This document shows, piece after piece, positions 1 through 13,330 of a DNA stretch of 64,000 nucleotides. Each line of letters begins with the position of its first letter. The stretch's first letter is position 1. The stretch is from Lama glama (taxonomy: Eukaryota), in the NCBI GenBank assembly GCA_028534125.1, contig CM052817.1:9426001-9490000 (forward strand), written 5' to 3'. A model generated the notes under the pieces. It worked only from the letters and a program-made list of their open reading frames with translations, did not search any database and had not been told where the DNA came from. Position numbers and translations under genes: made by a program.

Positions 1-287
1 CCATTTTTCTCACCAAGTCATTAAACAGGGAGCTGCCCTGTGGCCTCGACACCGATTCTGTTTATCTAAGTGACAGTCATCCTGCAGAGGGAACTCCAGA
101 CTCCTGCCATTGTGGCGAGAATGCGCTCTTTCTCAAAGGCTGTTTGCAGGCAGGGGCTGTCCACTCCTCTGCGCTTTCTACGCAGGCAGGGTTTGCTGCT
201 GTCTTCCTATTTGATCTGAAGGACAGTCATTCTCTTTCCACCCACGCCCTCTTCAAAGCCGGGAGCGATGAGCTATGACAGCAGAAT

Positions 288-470
288 GCAGTGGTGAATG
301 AGGCAAAACTTTGAAACAAGCTAGACCTGGTGTTACAACCTAATTTCTGACAGTTTCTTCGTTCTCAGGGATAATACGCATCCAACCTGCAGTGTTATTA
401 TGAGGACTAAAGATAATGCATGTAATGTTCTCAGCCCCGTGCCCTGGATGAACCAGGTGCTTCATAAATG
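288..470 (+). mobile_element. MIR SINE, degraded
   Basis: MIR core-like text: gggataata...gttattatgaggactaaagataatgcatgtaa...gtgccctgg...gcttcataaatg. Confidence 0.6.
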
Positions 471-533
471 ACTCCTGTGCATCGTTATGGCTGTTCTGCC
501 GGCCTAGACTCTTTCCTGCTACCTCGTGGTTTC

Positions 534-639
534 ATACACCCACAGACACACACAGACACACACACACATACACAGACACACACAGACACCCACACACACA
601 GACACACACAGACACACACAGACACACACACACACATAC
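534..639. repeat. (CA)n / (CACAGACACA)n compound microsatellite
   Basis: Directly visible; explains the THTD/VCVC ORFs at 468-719. Confidence 0.97.
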
Positions 640-919
640 CCCTGAATCTCCAGGAACCATTGGTGGACAAGTGAAAGAAATACTGTGTGTGTATTATGTG
701 GATTCTGTGTTGCTACCAAGTTTTGTGCTCCAGAAAATGGAGCATGGTTGGAAGTTTCATTCTAAACCACACTGAAGACTGCCCATCCCTGGGTCGTATA
801 CTCATGTGTTTAACCGTAGAGGAAAGAATCATGGACTGAGGGGCTGGGCTTGTGGGCTTGCTTCTGCCAACACCTAGTATTGTCTTTATATCAAGAACCC
901 AAGAACACACAGTGCCGCA

Positions 920-1007
920 GGGAGGGTATAGCTCAGGTGGTAGAGCACACGCTTAGCATGCACAGGGTCCTGGGTTCAATCCCCAGCACCTCCATTAAAA
1001 AAAAAAA
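920..1007 (+). mobile_element. tRNA-Ala(AGC)-derived camelid SINE (vic-1 type, short form)
   Basis: GGGAGGGTATAGCTCAGGTGGTAGAGC...CTTAGCATG...GGTTCAATCCCCAGCACCTCCA followed by poly(A); imperfect TSD aagaacacacagtgc (901-915) / aagaacatacagcac (1008-1022). Confidence 0.9.
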
Positions 1008-1789
1008 AAGAACATACAGCACAGAGGTCATCAAACAAGACCTTTCCAAGTAGCACTTCATTTAAAGTTCCCTAAAGGGTAATGATCTGAACACACAGGG
1101 ACTTTCTCCACCCCTCATGTCCCCTCCCCAAGGGAGAAAGAATGGCTTCCCTGGTGTGTAGTCCAAGAGAAAGAATTTAGCAGCAGCTCCCCCCCGCCTC
1201 ACCCCCATTCATGGACACGTGTGCCCTCTGAGATACAGTCAGAGAATACAGTGTGTTTTTAGTGGCAAAAGACAGAAAGTGCCTGCATAGCGTCACTTTT
1301 CACAGGAGGAGGAATCACAGCCTAGTCCCAGCTGGAGGGATAGCCCCCCACCCCCCACGGAGATGCTAATGCTGCACGTGAGGTTCTGCCATTCTCCCGG
1401 GAGCTGGTTGAGGGGCAAGAGTTGGTATCTTCCCATCCTCCTGACCTCTGACGGACCCCAGGAAGTATGCCTCCCTGCTAAGAAATGCGGCAGCAACCTC
1501 CATGCATCCCTAAGTGTTTACTGCACAACTGGTTCATTAGGAAAGAAGTCTTGCTTATTCTTAGGTGTTTGAACACTAGCAGGACAGAGCCCTCCTTTCG
1601 GAGCCATCATTCTTACCGGCCCTGCATCTGACTGGTGCTCGCTTTGAATTTGTTTGATGGCCCCATATCCAGTTCCCCACAAAATATATTAAAAATAATT
1701 TAAAATGCATTTGATCTTCCAGAAGGATTTTCTTTCCCCAAAAACTCCAAGTCATGAACTTGTATGTGGGGAGCGCAGCCATTTCCTGC

Positions 1790-1970
1790 GTGCTTAACAA
1801 GACACTGCACTCAGAAATATTTCAAAGACACCATCTCATGTAAATGCCATGCCAACCCTACAGATGTGGGAATCTATATCTCCGTTTCACAAACAGGGAA
1901 GCAGAGCTCTGAGGAAGGCAAAAAACACAAGTCCACATAGGTGGTAAATGGCGCAGCCAGGGATTTTACC
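1790..1970 (-). mobile_element. MIR SINE
   Basis: Reverse-orientation MIR motifs: ccaaccctacagatgtgg...ccgtttcacaaacagggaagcagag...gtaaatggcgcagccagggattt. Confidence 0.6.
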
Positions 1971-2032
1971 CATTATGCTAAAAAAAGGCAGTGTCTAAGT
2001 GACCATTAAGTTGTAGGCACAGTTTTAGAATA

Positions 2033-2358
2033 CAGTCAGCCCTGGGTATCCACAGGTCTTGGGTCTGTGGATTCAAACAATCACAGATAGAAAATATTTC
2101 TTAAAAAGTTATCAGAAAGTTCTAAAAAGCAAAACATGATTTGCCACATAGTGTTTCCATTGTATTCACAACTATGTACATAGCATTTACATTGTATTAG
2201 ATAATCTGGAGATGATTTAAAGTATCCAGTATATGGGAAGATGCACTTAGGTCAAATGCAAACACTATGCCATTTTATATAAGGGACTCGAGCATCTGTG
2301 AATTTGGTACCCCCCTGGGTTCCTGGAGCCAATCTTGGGCAGATACCGAGGAATGGTG
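2033..2358 (-). mobile_element. MER2-family Tigger (TcMar) non-autonomous DNA transposon
   Basis: TA|CAGTCAGCCC start; gtggattcaa, ataatctggagatgatttaaagtat, gccattttatataagggact, gagcatctgtg, gataccgagg. Confidence 0.85.
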
Positions 2359-2369
2359 GCACTGAGAAT

Positions 2370-3290
2370 ACGAGGGCAAGGTCAGACAAGCTCTCTGCTA
2401 TCATGTAAGAGACAAATATTAATCAAATAATCACAAAATCCAAAGTATAATTGCGAACTGTGGTAAGTAAAGAAGAGGGCAGCAGTGGTGCGAAAGGACA
2501 TGGGGACCCCTCCTCATCAAGTCAGAAAAGTCTCTCTTCTGGGTGAGTTGCTCCTGCTGCAGTCCGGCCACTGATTTGGGGCGAACTGGGAAAAGAATGG
2601 GAGTGGTGTAGTGACAATGGGAGTGAACAGTTATGAGAGATATTTAGGAGATAAAATTATAGGACTTGCTGAGTATATATAGGACTGTCAAGAGTGACTT
2701 TAGATTTTGGACTGAACTGGAAAGACTCTGCTGCCAAGGATTGAGCACAAGACAGCAGAAGAGGCTTGGGTCGGAAGGCAGAAGGAAATCTTGAGTTTGG
2801 CTTTGAACTTGATGAGTGTAAGATGCCTTTAAATTACCCCCATGGAGAGGTTGCATGGAGAGATGGAAGGGAGCCACTGACTGACATAAACGCCCAAGTC
2901 TCCAACATTCAGATGACGAAATTGAAGCCATGAAGATAATGAAGTTGTCTGAGGAGAGACTAAGGAAATGCGAGCTTAATGAGCTCCAATTTGGAAGGGA
3001 CAGAAAGAGGAGGGTGAGCCTGCAAAGCGTATTGAAAACAAGGGATGTATTGTATCATTGAAAACAAAAGGAAGAGGTTCTTGAAAAAACATAAAATTCT
3101 TCTGACGTCAAGTGAGATTGTGATTGAAAAATACCCTTTGGATTTAGCAGCTTAGAAGCCACTGGGGACTTTCAGCAAGAGCCCTTCTGAGATGATGATT
3201 ATCTAAACCATTATCTAAGTGGCTGATCAGGAATTTGAAATGGAGGTTACAGATGACTGGTTTGAGAAGGAAAGATAGCACAGGGCTGCA
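2370..3290 (-). mobile_element. L2 LINE fragment(s)
   Basis: Purine-rich antisense L2 text: aatcaaataatcacaaa, gagtttggctttgaacttgatgagtgtaagatgcct, tggatttagca. Confidence 0.6.
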
Positions 3291-3513
3291 GCTGGAGGGG
3301 GGTCCAGTAACCATGGCCGTGATTCTGGTCACTTCACGATTTCACCTCCCCCCCCTTAAGGCAAGGAAGGGATTCTATTTCGTTTTGATTGACTTCTCTT
3401 TCTCTTTCAGCTACTCAGTAGTAAACTGAGTCCTACATCATTTTGATAAAGCAATCAATTGAATTTAGACCATAGTCTGACACACAGCAAAACCTCAACT
3501 ATTATTTGTTCAA

Positions 3514-3611
3514 GAAGAGACAGAAGGAAGGGAGGGAGGAAGAAAGGAAGGAAGGAAGGAAAGAAGGAAGGAAGGAAGGAAGGTAGGAAGAGAGGGAGAA
3601 AGGGAGGGAGG
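3514..3611. repeat. (GGAA/GGGA)n purine low-complexity repeat running into an assembly gap
   Basis: Directly visible. Confidence 0.95.
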
Positions 3612-3711
3612 NNNNNNNNNNNNNNNNNNNNNNNNNNNNNNNNNNNNNNNNNNNNNNNNNNNNNNNNNNNNNNNNNNNNNNNNNNNNNNNNNNNNNNNNN
3701 NNNNNNNNNNN
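3612..3711. other. Assembly gap (100 N, probably an unsized placeholder)
   Basis: Run of N. Confidence 0.99.
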
Positions 3712-5134
3712 AAAAAAAAAACTCTGGGGGGAAAAATGTCCCCAAACTAAAGTTTTTATAGATTGCAATTTTTATGATCATACCATATAAAGTAAATTTT
3801 GAAAAACCAATTTGAGATGGACCAGCCTTTTAGAAATTACTTAAGGCAGTCAGAAATAATTCTGTATAGAAGCTAAATCCTTGAAACAGTGCTAAAACAA
3901 TTTATGTCTATTACTGAGACACACCACGGCTGTCAGGGTCCTGGAGGGCTTGGTGTCTGCAAGCAATCACACCCCTGTGCTCCCTCAGGCTTTTCCCCTG
4001 AGCACTGGTCTCCTGGTCCCATTTGAGTAACAGATCATCACCTGCGAATGGAGAAAGGTGACTCATCCTGAAAGCTCTACCCAAGTGTGCTTGCCTGGTT
4101 TCAAACACGTGTATGCTTTATTTCATTGCTTCAAGAAATCTGAGTCCTTGCACCCAAAGAATAGCACACAGCATCCAAGTTTCACAGTTGCAGCTCTGTC
4201 ATCCTGAGCCCAAACATCATACCTTTGTTTATACGGAGCTTATAAAATCTCCTCACATTCCTGTGTTGACTGAACTAGAAACATAAATTGTATTGCTTAT
4301 GTTTCAACTTAAATCAGGAAAACATTGTCCAGTGGACAGATTGTATTCATTGTTTTGCCAGGTGACTTGGAGCAGATTCAAATCATCTCAGGATGTTTCA
4401 GTGTCTCACTTTTGGAAAAGGAAAATTCATCAAACTTATGGTCCCAGCAACTTGGTAAGAACTGATGCGTTCAAGCGAAAATCCCCTCAGGAGACTGGTT
4501 TTCTAAGTTGTCAGTAAAGAGCTGGTCATTTGTCAATTGCCTGAGGAAGACCAGTGCAGATTATTCGCTCAGTTGTTTTGGCTTTCAGCCAATCTGGTGT
4601 GGAGCAGGGAGACAGTTCAGTGAAGGGGTTAAGCAGGAACGAAGCAGCTTCCACGAATAAGAGCCTATAGACTCAACATTCCGCTTCTGACAGCCATGCA
4701 CTCAGCTCCTAAACTATTGTTGATCTGTTTGGTCCTTCACCCCTCACCTCATCTTCTTGGATGTGACAATGGAAATATCTTCTTCAGTCTTGACTTTTAT
4801 TGTTCTTACTAAACCAGCAACTTATAATGGAGTCTTGGCTCATTTGACTTCTGGCCAGTCTAGGAAAATGTCAGAGCACCCCCGTCCACCAAGCCCAGAA
4901 CGTCCCCCTCCCCCTCCACACCCTGGATCCACACCTGTCCAAACCTGGAGCAAATGACTTTCCCACCAGCCTTTCTGAAAACCCTATTAATGCCATTTCT
5001 TCCAGAGTGACTGCTGTCAATTAAATGTCTAAGTTCAAGTTAATACTAGCAATTAGGAATTTCTTGCATGAAATTTAAAACCTTCAAATTCAACTTTTTA
5101 AAAATGCTAATCACGATAGCTAATATACTCTGTG

Positions 5135-5530
5135 TGTCTTGGACACCCTTCGGAAACAGGAGTTCATCCACCCACCCCAAATCTGCTCCGGATGTCGAGG
5201 CTGACGACGCTCACACCCGAGAAGAAATATGCAAAGATGTGTTATTTATGTGATCAGGCTCTTTAGGAAAGCAGAGCGAGCCTCCCAGGTTGGTCTGAAA
5301 CTGGCTTAGAGCAAGGAAGGGAGACTGGCTTGAGGCTGTTACTGTGGGTGAGCTGGGTAAGGATTTCAGGGGCTTGTGTAATTTGAATCTCCCATCAGTT
5401 CCAAAGGAGGGACCACCCTGACTTTCTAGCCAGCTTGCCCAGATGTGAGGCAGAAGGGGAGAAGGGAGGAGTGAGGCTCATGAGCTGTCTATAGTCAAAT
5501 GTCCAAAGTGGATTCAGACTGTTTAGCACA
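5135..5530 (-). mobile_element. ERVL-class solo LTR (MER54-like), inserted in a MIR
   Basis: TGT...ACA termini; cagcttgcccagatgtgaggcagaagggg, gctgtctatagtcaaatgtccaaagtggattcagact, ggagactggcttg. Confidence 0.7.
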
Positions 5531-5705
5531 TGGGGGCAGGTCCTGTGCTAAGGACTTTACGGGTCATCTCATTGGATTCTCTCCTCAACTCTGTGAGGTA
5601 GCTGCTTAGCCCCATTTCACAGATGGGAAGGTCAATGTTCAAAGTCCCAGAGAGGGGTCATGCTTCCCCAGACCAAACTGGACAGTACAGAGCCAGGACT
5701 TGGAC
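5531..5705 (-). mobile_element. MIR SINE (continues from ~5105-5134 across the LTR)
   Basis: ctgtgctaaggactttac...caactctgtgaggtag...cccatttcacagatggg. Confidence 0.7.
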
Positions 5706-6829
5706 AAATGCCTCAACTTTGGCTTTGTGCAGACTGGGTGGGCAGCCTCATCCAGCCTGACAACTGGCATGGGACGAAACTCATGCTTGGGTACCCTGCC
5801 ACCATCAGTTTGTCAGTACACACACAGAGGGTGAAAACCACACTTTCAGTAATAAACTTGGTGGGGCAGAGTCCAGAACTTGGGTCGAGAGCTCATATTG
5901 GCAAAGCACGAAGCCCTCAGGCACTGAAATCAGAGACATCTTGGGTTGAACCCTGCCTTCCTCATCTGGGGAAGTTCAAGACAGTTCCTTATGTTTTTGA
6001 GCCTTATTATCCTAATCCATGAAATAGGAACAACAGTATTTACCTTTAAGAAGGTTTTTGTAAGGATTTTAGAAGTGTCGAATATTGAAGCCCTAATGTT
6101 CATTGAAGTAGCTATCATTACCTTGATTTCTAGGGTCTAAAATGGATCAGTTTTTATATGCTAATTACCTGCTAATTAGCACATAGAGCAATTTAAGAAT
6201 CTAGACGCCTGTATTGTCCTTTTCCTGTGGCCTTTGTTGAGAGTAGACTGGATGCTATGTATGCCTACACAACCATTTTAGCATTTCTTATTTTCATATT
6301 CTGGAAATAAGAATGTTTACTGGCCAGATGCTAGAAAGATGGCATCAAGTAAACACAGAAAGACACAGACAAGTTCTCCAAGAGCTATCAGTGACTTGTG
6401 ATTCACACTCCCACTGCTGAAAACTCTTTCCTAATCTAATCAAATCCTAATTTGTCTTGATCCAATAAAGGAAGAAAATTAGGAATTTTTTTTTGTTCCA
6501 AATGATTTCTCCTTCTCATTTGATAATAATTCCTTGGGACAGATTTTGTGATGCTTCCATAAATCTAATTCAAGAAGACAATGTTGCATTGTTCATTAAT
6601 TTCATGAAAAACACAATCAGATAGAAACCCCAGGGAGAAATTGAATGTCAATGTCCAGAAATGAAGCTGGTTTCTCTTTGGGGTGGCTCATATCCCAAGG
6701 TGTGCCTCTATTTTGCCAACATAATTCTTATTTCTTTGTGGCTTTCCCATGTTTACAAAATGCACCATTAGTTAGTCTCCTGAGATGACATTGAAGCATA
6801 GTGAGGATAAATGACTCAGAGAGCCACTC

Positions 6830-7058
6830 TGCAGGGTGGAGAGAGCTTTGATAGCCTGGGTAGGGACCTGGGTGTACTGCTCACTAGTCATGGGAGTGTG
6901 GGTGAGTTCTTACTCCTCTCTGAACCTCTGTAAAATGGGAATGATATTCTGTAAAATAGTAATAGTGTTCTCTCGTGCTGATGGATGCTCTGAGGATTAA
7001 GAGACGTGCAGAGATAAAGGTGTCTAGCCATTTGCCTGGCACATAATAAATGTTTTGA
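6830..7058 (+). mobile_element. MIR SINE
   Basis: ctctctgaacctctgtaaaatgggaatgata...tgaggattaa...tgcctggcacataataaatg. Confidence 0.7.
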
Positions 7059-7064
7059 GGCATG

Positions 7065-7560
7065 CCTCTTTTAATTGCAAGTGACAGAAACCTAAGTCAA
7101 ACCATGTTATTAAAAGGGGGAGTTGATTTTGTATGGGTCTCCAGGGTGGGTTCTCTGGATGGCTTAAAGCCAGTCTTGGTTGACAAAGTCAGTACTGAAG
7201 AGAGCTGATCAAGGCCGTGCCTTGTCTCCATCATTCAGCTCTACTTGCCTCTTTTTGGCTTCATTCCTATACAAGTTCTCTTTCCATGGTTGATAAGATG
7301 ATCACACAGACCTCTGGACTCACAACCTCACAATTTACTAATGCTAGTGGCATTGCCCATACAAGAATCCCAGTGTAGAACCTGATTGGCCCTGCTTGGC
7401 TCAAACGTCCATCTCTGCACAAAACACTGTGGCTAGGGAAATGTGGTACACTGATTGGCCAGCATGAATTAGCATCTCTGAGTAGAGGGCAGGTCACTCA
7501 GATCATGGAGTGGGAAAGAGTGATTTCCCAAAACAAGAGACCCCTTTGATACCTGAAGAG
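7065..7560 (-). mobile_element. Old MaLR LTR (MLT1N/K-like)
   Basis: ttgcaagtgacagaaacc...ctccatcattcagctct...tgattggccc...tgattggccagc. Confidence 0.6.
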
Positions 7561-10500
7561 GAGAATGAATGCATAGCAAAAACTTTAGGACACAATTTCT
7601 TCCCTAAATAAGTAAATGAATCACTAATTGAGAATATTTCCCTCCATCCTCCCTGCTCTCTAGACAGTTCAAACCACCCCCCCACCCAGGCAGAGCGAGC
7701 TAAAGCAAAAGCATGAGCCAATCCCCACAGACCAAACAAAATGCCCAGTACACGATTTCTGGTAGATTGTCTTGCAATTTTCTAAGCAGCTAAATACAAT
7801 TTCTTCAGTGAACTGGATAAATAGAAGAGCAGGTTGCATTTAGCCAGAGAAATGATAGGGGGGTGGTGGGTTTTTTTTCCAATATTTGAAAAGTAGTGAC
7901 ATGTAATAGTCTTGGCCCACAATCTTATGGAAATTCACATAACAGTTCCCTTCCTCTCATAAGCAGTTTCCTTCCTGACAGGCTTAAGTGGATGAGTAAT
8001 TGCATCCCTGCTGTCTTCTTGAGGATCTGAGCAAAAAGTATCTTGGCACCAGTACGGCAATCTTAGAATAGCGTCTGATCAGAACAATTGTAAAGACTTA
8101 AATTCAGTCTCTGATGCAAACATTTACCTAAAAATATAAGGTTCCTCAATCTACAATTCACACTATGGGGAAGAGTATGATCGTAGCTGAGTGAGCAAAA
8201 AGATTATCTGATTTATTACGACTAACTTTCAAGAAGTTATGTAGCCAACTGGGAAAGCCACGATGAGACCCTTTGAGCCCCAGGATGGGTGGCTGGAACT
8301 TCCATGGCAGATAATGGCTGATGAAGGTGCTGGGGAAAAGCATCCATGGGAATGATGAGTGATGTTCAGAGAACTTGGTCAGCACTCAACTTTTTATAGC
8401 AGGTCTGGGATGAAAACAAAGATTGAGACACACCCTCTGTCAGCCACTGGAGTGAGTCACCAGGAGTACACACACCCAAGGGGCTGTGTTGGAGGGGGAT
8501 GCTGTGACCCTGGGAGCGGTCACATATCCCCTTACCTGGAATGCATGTGCTGATGGAGCCCTGAGACCGGTCCCCCAAAAATAAAAGGATGGGAGGGGGA
8601 GGGTGTGTGTCTCATGCTGTCCCTTCCTTTGTCATCATTAATCTCCTCATGATGCCTTTGTGCCCTGGCAACTCTTTGGCATAAGCCTCACTTCACTGAC
8701 ATGGAAAAAATGGGGCTCAGGAAGTCAGCCCAGGCTGTCAGCTGTGACTGATGGCTTAGAAGGGATTTTGTATTTCCAGGTTATCGCTGCGATTGAATAA
8801 CAGTGGAGAGGTGGAGATCACGTCATCTGGGGCTCTGAATTCCCTTCGGCAAGTAAGCTGCAGACAACAGCTTGAGCTACACAGGTTTAAAGATCTCAAG
8901 ATAATTTCAATACATAAAATAACAGACTAGTAATGATTCAGTGCCTAGAAAAAGCCCTTGTACCTAGTAGGGAGTTTGTGACCGTTAATATATAAATGAG
9001 GGAATTTAGATCCTTTTTCTCTTCTATCAGTGTTCCAGAATCACAAATATTATCAGGTTTAAACTAATTGGCCTCTATCAGCACCTTTATGGGGCGCCAA
9101 AAACAACCCATGAATTCCTCTCCTCTTGACAGCTGAGGAATCTGAGATATAAAGGAATTAAGTGATTTGAAGATAACATTCAATAAATCCTGGACGAGAT
9201 GGACAGAAAATATATGTCTGACTTCCTGCTTCCCCTCCTGAGACCATCCTCATTCTTCCACTGTTTCCATCAACTTGCTGCTTGAAGACACACTGTGGTA
9301 CAACAATATGCGTAAGAACCTTGATTTGCGAGACGTGACCTGGAGCAGACCTGTCTCTCAGTCCATTAGGGATGAAGCCAAGAGAAGTGTCCTTCCTCCT
9401 TTCTCTTAAGTTGAATCCTCACTCCCCATACCTTCTTTGGAGATCATTACACTCCTGGTAAAAGTTCATACTAAATCGGCAACTTTGAGTGGATTCTTGC
9501 TTCAGCCAGCCACTCTGGGCAAATGCCAGAGCCTACCAGCCTAGCCCACCCCTCCCCCTGCACCTGGATCTGGATTTGTCCCAACCTGGAGAACTGGGAC
9601 AAACAGAGACAACCTGGGAGAAAGAGCCAGTTGCCCTGAGAAGATCGGCAATAGGTAGGACCTCAACCCACACCTGCCCTTCCCCACCTTCAGCAGAAGA
9701 GCCAAAAGGGTCTCCAGAGAAGGGAAGGGAAGTAGCCTTGTACCATGGCTGAAATCGTGCCCTGAGTGCGCCCAGCTCACCAAGGACCCTACGCATCTCC
9801 ACATTCACAGAGAGCACGTCTAGGGAGGGGTTGGTCTTTAGATCATGGAACTGGTTTTCTTGGGTTGTTTGGTTTGTGAGTTTCAACAGGCAATCTCCCT
9901 CATCTGTATCTGAGATGGACTGGACCTCCAGATTAAGTGAAGGATACCAATCTATGATTTAAAATGGAAGCAGTCAATGTGCTTAGCTCTGGAAAGACGT
10001 ACTTGGAAAAGAAAAGGAGTCAGGAGGTGACGGGGTCTGATCATTATAGCAACACTAAATTAATTGCCTTTTGAGTAGTATTCTTTATTATGTCTAGTGC
10101 AGATGCTGAGCAGTTAGTCTCTTGCCAAATAATTGTTCCACCTTGGAAATTTAAGAAACTCTAGATGAAACAGACATTTTCAAAATCCACTGTTTCAAAT
10201 CCATACTAGATACATGAGCTTGGATGAACAGATTGGATCTAGATTTCTTCATCTGAATTATGATCTTCCTGATTTCTCAGTTTGTTTGAGTAGTAAATGC
10301 AATCAAGTTTTTCTAGAGCCTAACGCAGTGACTGGCACATAGAAAGTTTTCAAGATGCTGATTGCATTTCTCTTTCACGTGCAACTAAGTTCTTTTTCCT
10401 CTGATCTGGTCTGGAGGGAGATGCGCTCCTGATAACACTCCCTCGCTGCTGTGTGATAAAACCAAGTCAGCCCCTCTCTGGGCCCTGTTCTCCTTCTTCA

Positions 10501-10921
10501 TAAGGAAAGGATGGAGTTGAGTCATAGCCCAGATTTATGTAGACTGCGCTGTTTTGTTTCTCTCCAGAGAAGATGTCTCTCACAGTGAGGTGCTCAGAAG
10601 TTTCTGTTCCCTCCCAGTTTTATTCTTCTTCCTCCACGTGTGATGTGTGGCAGTACTTTCTCATGCTTGCGGCCACGATGCTATTTCTTTTGCCTAAAAC
10701 CCACAAGAAGTGGGGTCTCTTCTTCGCCACATGCACACACGGGAAACTGTGAGAAAAGGTCCTGGACTTCACCTTCCCCTTTGGAACTCCTTAGCCCAAG
10801 GGCAGTCAAGGATAAGGAAGAAGCTATACTGCTATCAAACCAAGTGCAGAAAGCAACTCACTCATTATTTCATTCATATCTCATGATAAGCCCTTCCTCT
10901 GTGTAGGCTGACTGAGACCAT

Positions 10922-11111
10922 GGATCAGAATGCCTACCTTTCAGCTGTGCAATTTTGAGCAAGTTACCTGACCTCTCTGTGCCTCAGTGTCTGCATCTCT
11001 GTAAAAGAGGCATTATAAGAGAACTTGCCTCATTGAGTTATTGTCAAAAGGTTAAAAATGTTACAGATGTCAAGTGCTTCCAGCAGTGCCCGGCATATGG
11101 GAAACGTGCTC
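10922..11111 (+). mobile_element. MIR SINE
   Basis: ttgagcaagttacctgacctctctgtgcctcagt...ctgtaaaa...cagtgcccggcatat. Confidence 0.8.
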
Positions 11112-13038
11112 CTGTTGTGTTTGCTGTTCTTTCTGATTACATTGTTCTGTGCCAGAGTCCTTGCTAATGACCAAGCCATCAGTTAGACAACAGTATGGCC
11201 CCTGCTCTCAAGGAACTGGCAGCTTCACGAGACAGACAGACTTGTGCACGTGGCTCACTTCAGTGCGTGATCAGTCTGCCGGTCAGTTCTAGAGTTCTCA
11301 CCATGTCCTAAACACTATGCTGGAGGCTCAGAACACAAAGATGGACACACCATGGTCGCTGACTACATGAGTCTGGGAGTCACGGGGAGGCCCAGGTGGA
11401 GTTTGGGTGCTTTGATTTGAATGTGAAAGTGCCAGATGCGAACCATACGTGTGACCTTGAGCCAGTTCTTTAATCCCTACAACCTTCCATTTCCTTATCT
11501 GTAAAATGAAAAGGCCAATGGCACTGACCTTTAGCTTTGGGTGAGATGTTATGCTTGAAGCTCTAGCCCAGGACACAGCCCAAGGAGACTCAAACAGCTC
11601 CTGCTGGGTACTTAGAGCAAAGGGTGGGGAATGCCGTGAAGGCGGTAGACCCCAGGTGTTACAGAGGAACAGAGGAGGCACAGAGGAGGCACACCCCATT
11701 CAGACAAGGATTGCTGGTGAGACTTTCTGGAGGAAAAGGTCCTTGAGGTCACTGACAAAGAACAAGCCAGCACTGACTAGTGTCAGAGAAAACTCCAAGT
11801 AGATAAATCATGAGATCCAGAAAATACTGTGCGGATAGACTCCTCAGCAGGGTTCTCCCACCGTGGAGCTACCTGCAGGATAAAACAGCTCTCTTTCTAG
11901 TTCAGGTCAAAGAAAGTTGAATCTTGAAGTTTAAAACCTTGATCTTGTGTTCATTGTCCACAAGGGACCAATCTAGCTCACCTGCAGAGCCAAATCCCCC
12001 TGATTGTTTGCAACACTAGAACTTAGTGGGGAGGATGGAAGATTTGTCCCTGGGTGTCATCATCCCTTGCTACCTGCACTTGATAAGAAACCGGACATGG
12101 AATAGAGACAGCTTGGCAAAGCTAGTTTTGAGTGGATCAAAGCTGAGCTAGACCATACCCCTCCATGCCATTCCTCAGAAGAACAAAATTAGGACAGCTA
12201 GGACACACAGTATGAGGCAGGTCAGCACATTCCCCCATCTAATTAGCAAAGTTGAAAATTCTGGCAACTTCTCCCTAGTCCCAGGAGAATCATAAGGACA
12301 GACTACAATTACATCCTGCAGACATCCACTGCGGAGGGGAAAGGCTGACATCCAACATGCATAGGATACCTTTGAAAATAGAAAGTCAGTTTTCTGCAAC
12401 AAATGACCCCAGGAAGCAATATCACCCCCAGACTCTTAGCTCCTGCATCTTTAAACTAGAAGTCACGTCTGGGAAGGGTACTTAGAGAGACCAGTGGGGA
12501 TGCAAGCCTGTGTCCTTCAGGGGATTACTTGACAAACTCAAGAAAACGTGCAAAGGAAGACTTGAATCTGGCCAATGCAGGAATGCACTTCTGTTGCCCC
12601 TTTCTCAGCTTTAAGTGGTCACCTGTTTAGGCAAAAAGATGTTGTGATTTGCATTCACACAAGAGTTTTGTTTCGTTTGTTTGCTGGAGCACTGGCCTTT
12701 ACCTCCTCTCACTGGTTCCTCAGTGAACGCAGCTGCAGTGTGTAAGGGGACCCAGGAAAACCCAAAGGTGGCATCTGCTTTCCTTGGAAATAGCTCTGTT
12801 GGATGAAAAACATCAGTCCCCATCATATATGAATTTACAGAGAAAACTTGTGGATGTGTGCAGTTTTCACCCAAAGGTTTGTCTCTTTCATGGTGATTTT
12901 GTTAGCTTCTCCTGGTCTGTAAATGTTGTAATGACTCCAGACTCAGTCCTGGGCACACTTTTCTACTTTCTTTATCTTCTTTCCCCAGGTAAAATCATAT
13001 ATGTCCATGGCTTTAACTGATCTATGATTTTCTCTTTC

Positions 13039-13330
13039 ATATTAGTCAGCAAGGGTTAGGATAGGCTGTAATAACAAATAATCCCTAACCTCAGAGGCTT
13101 TAAACAACAAAGGCTTATTTACCTTACACACAAAGTGCCCTTGGGGTCTGGATGACTCATACTGTTGGCTTTCTTCCATGTGATAGTTCAACTTTTTCCT
13201 CTCTGACCATTATTGCTAAGGTTGGAGAAAATTGGGTGGTTAAATCTCACACAGGCAATTAGTTGACTGACCTGCAAGTGACATCACCTCCACTCACTTT
13301 TGGCCTGCCAAATCAAAGCACACAGTCCTA
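13039..13330 (-). mobile_element. Old MaLR LTR fragment (MLT1J/K-like)
   Basis: tattagtcag...ctgtaataacaaataatccc...ggctttaaacaacaaaggcttattt. Confidence 0.6.

Noticed and set aside
468..719. ORFs with THTD/VCVC repeats
   Set aside because: Translations of a CA microsatellite.
920..994. Functional tRNA-Ala gene
   Set aside because: Poly(A) tail, TSD, extra 5' bases and stem mismatches indicate a SINE.
3455..3781. ORFs of 88-108 aa
   Set aside because: They span the GGAA repeat and the N gap.
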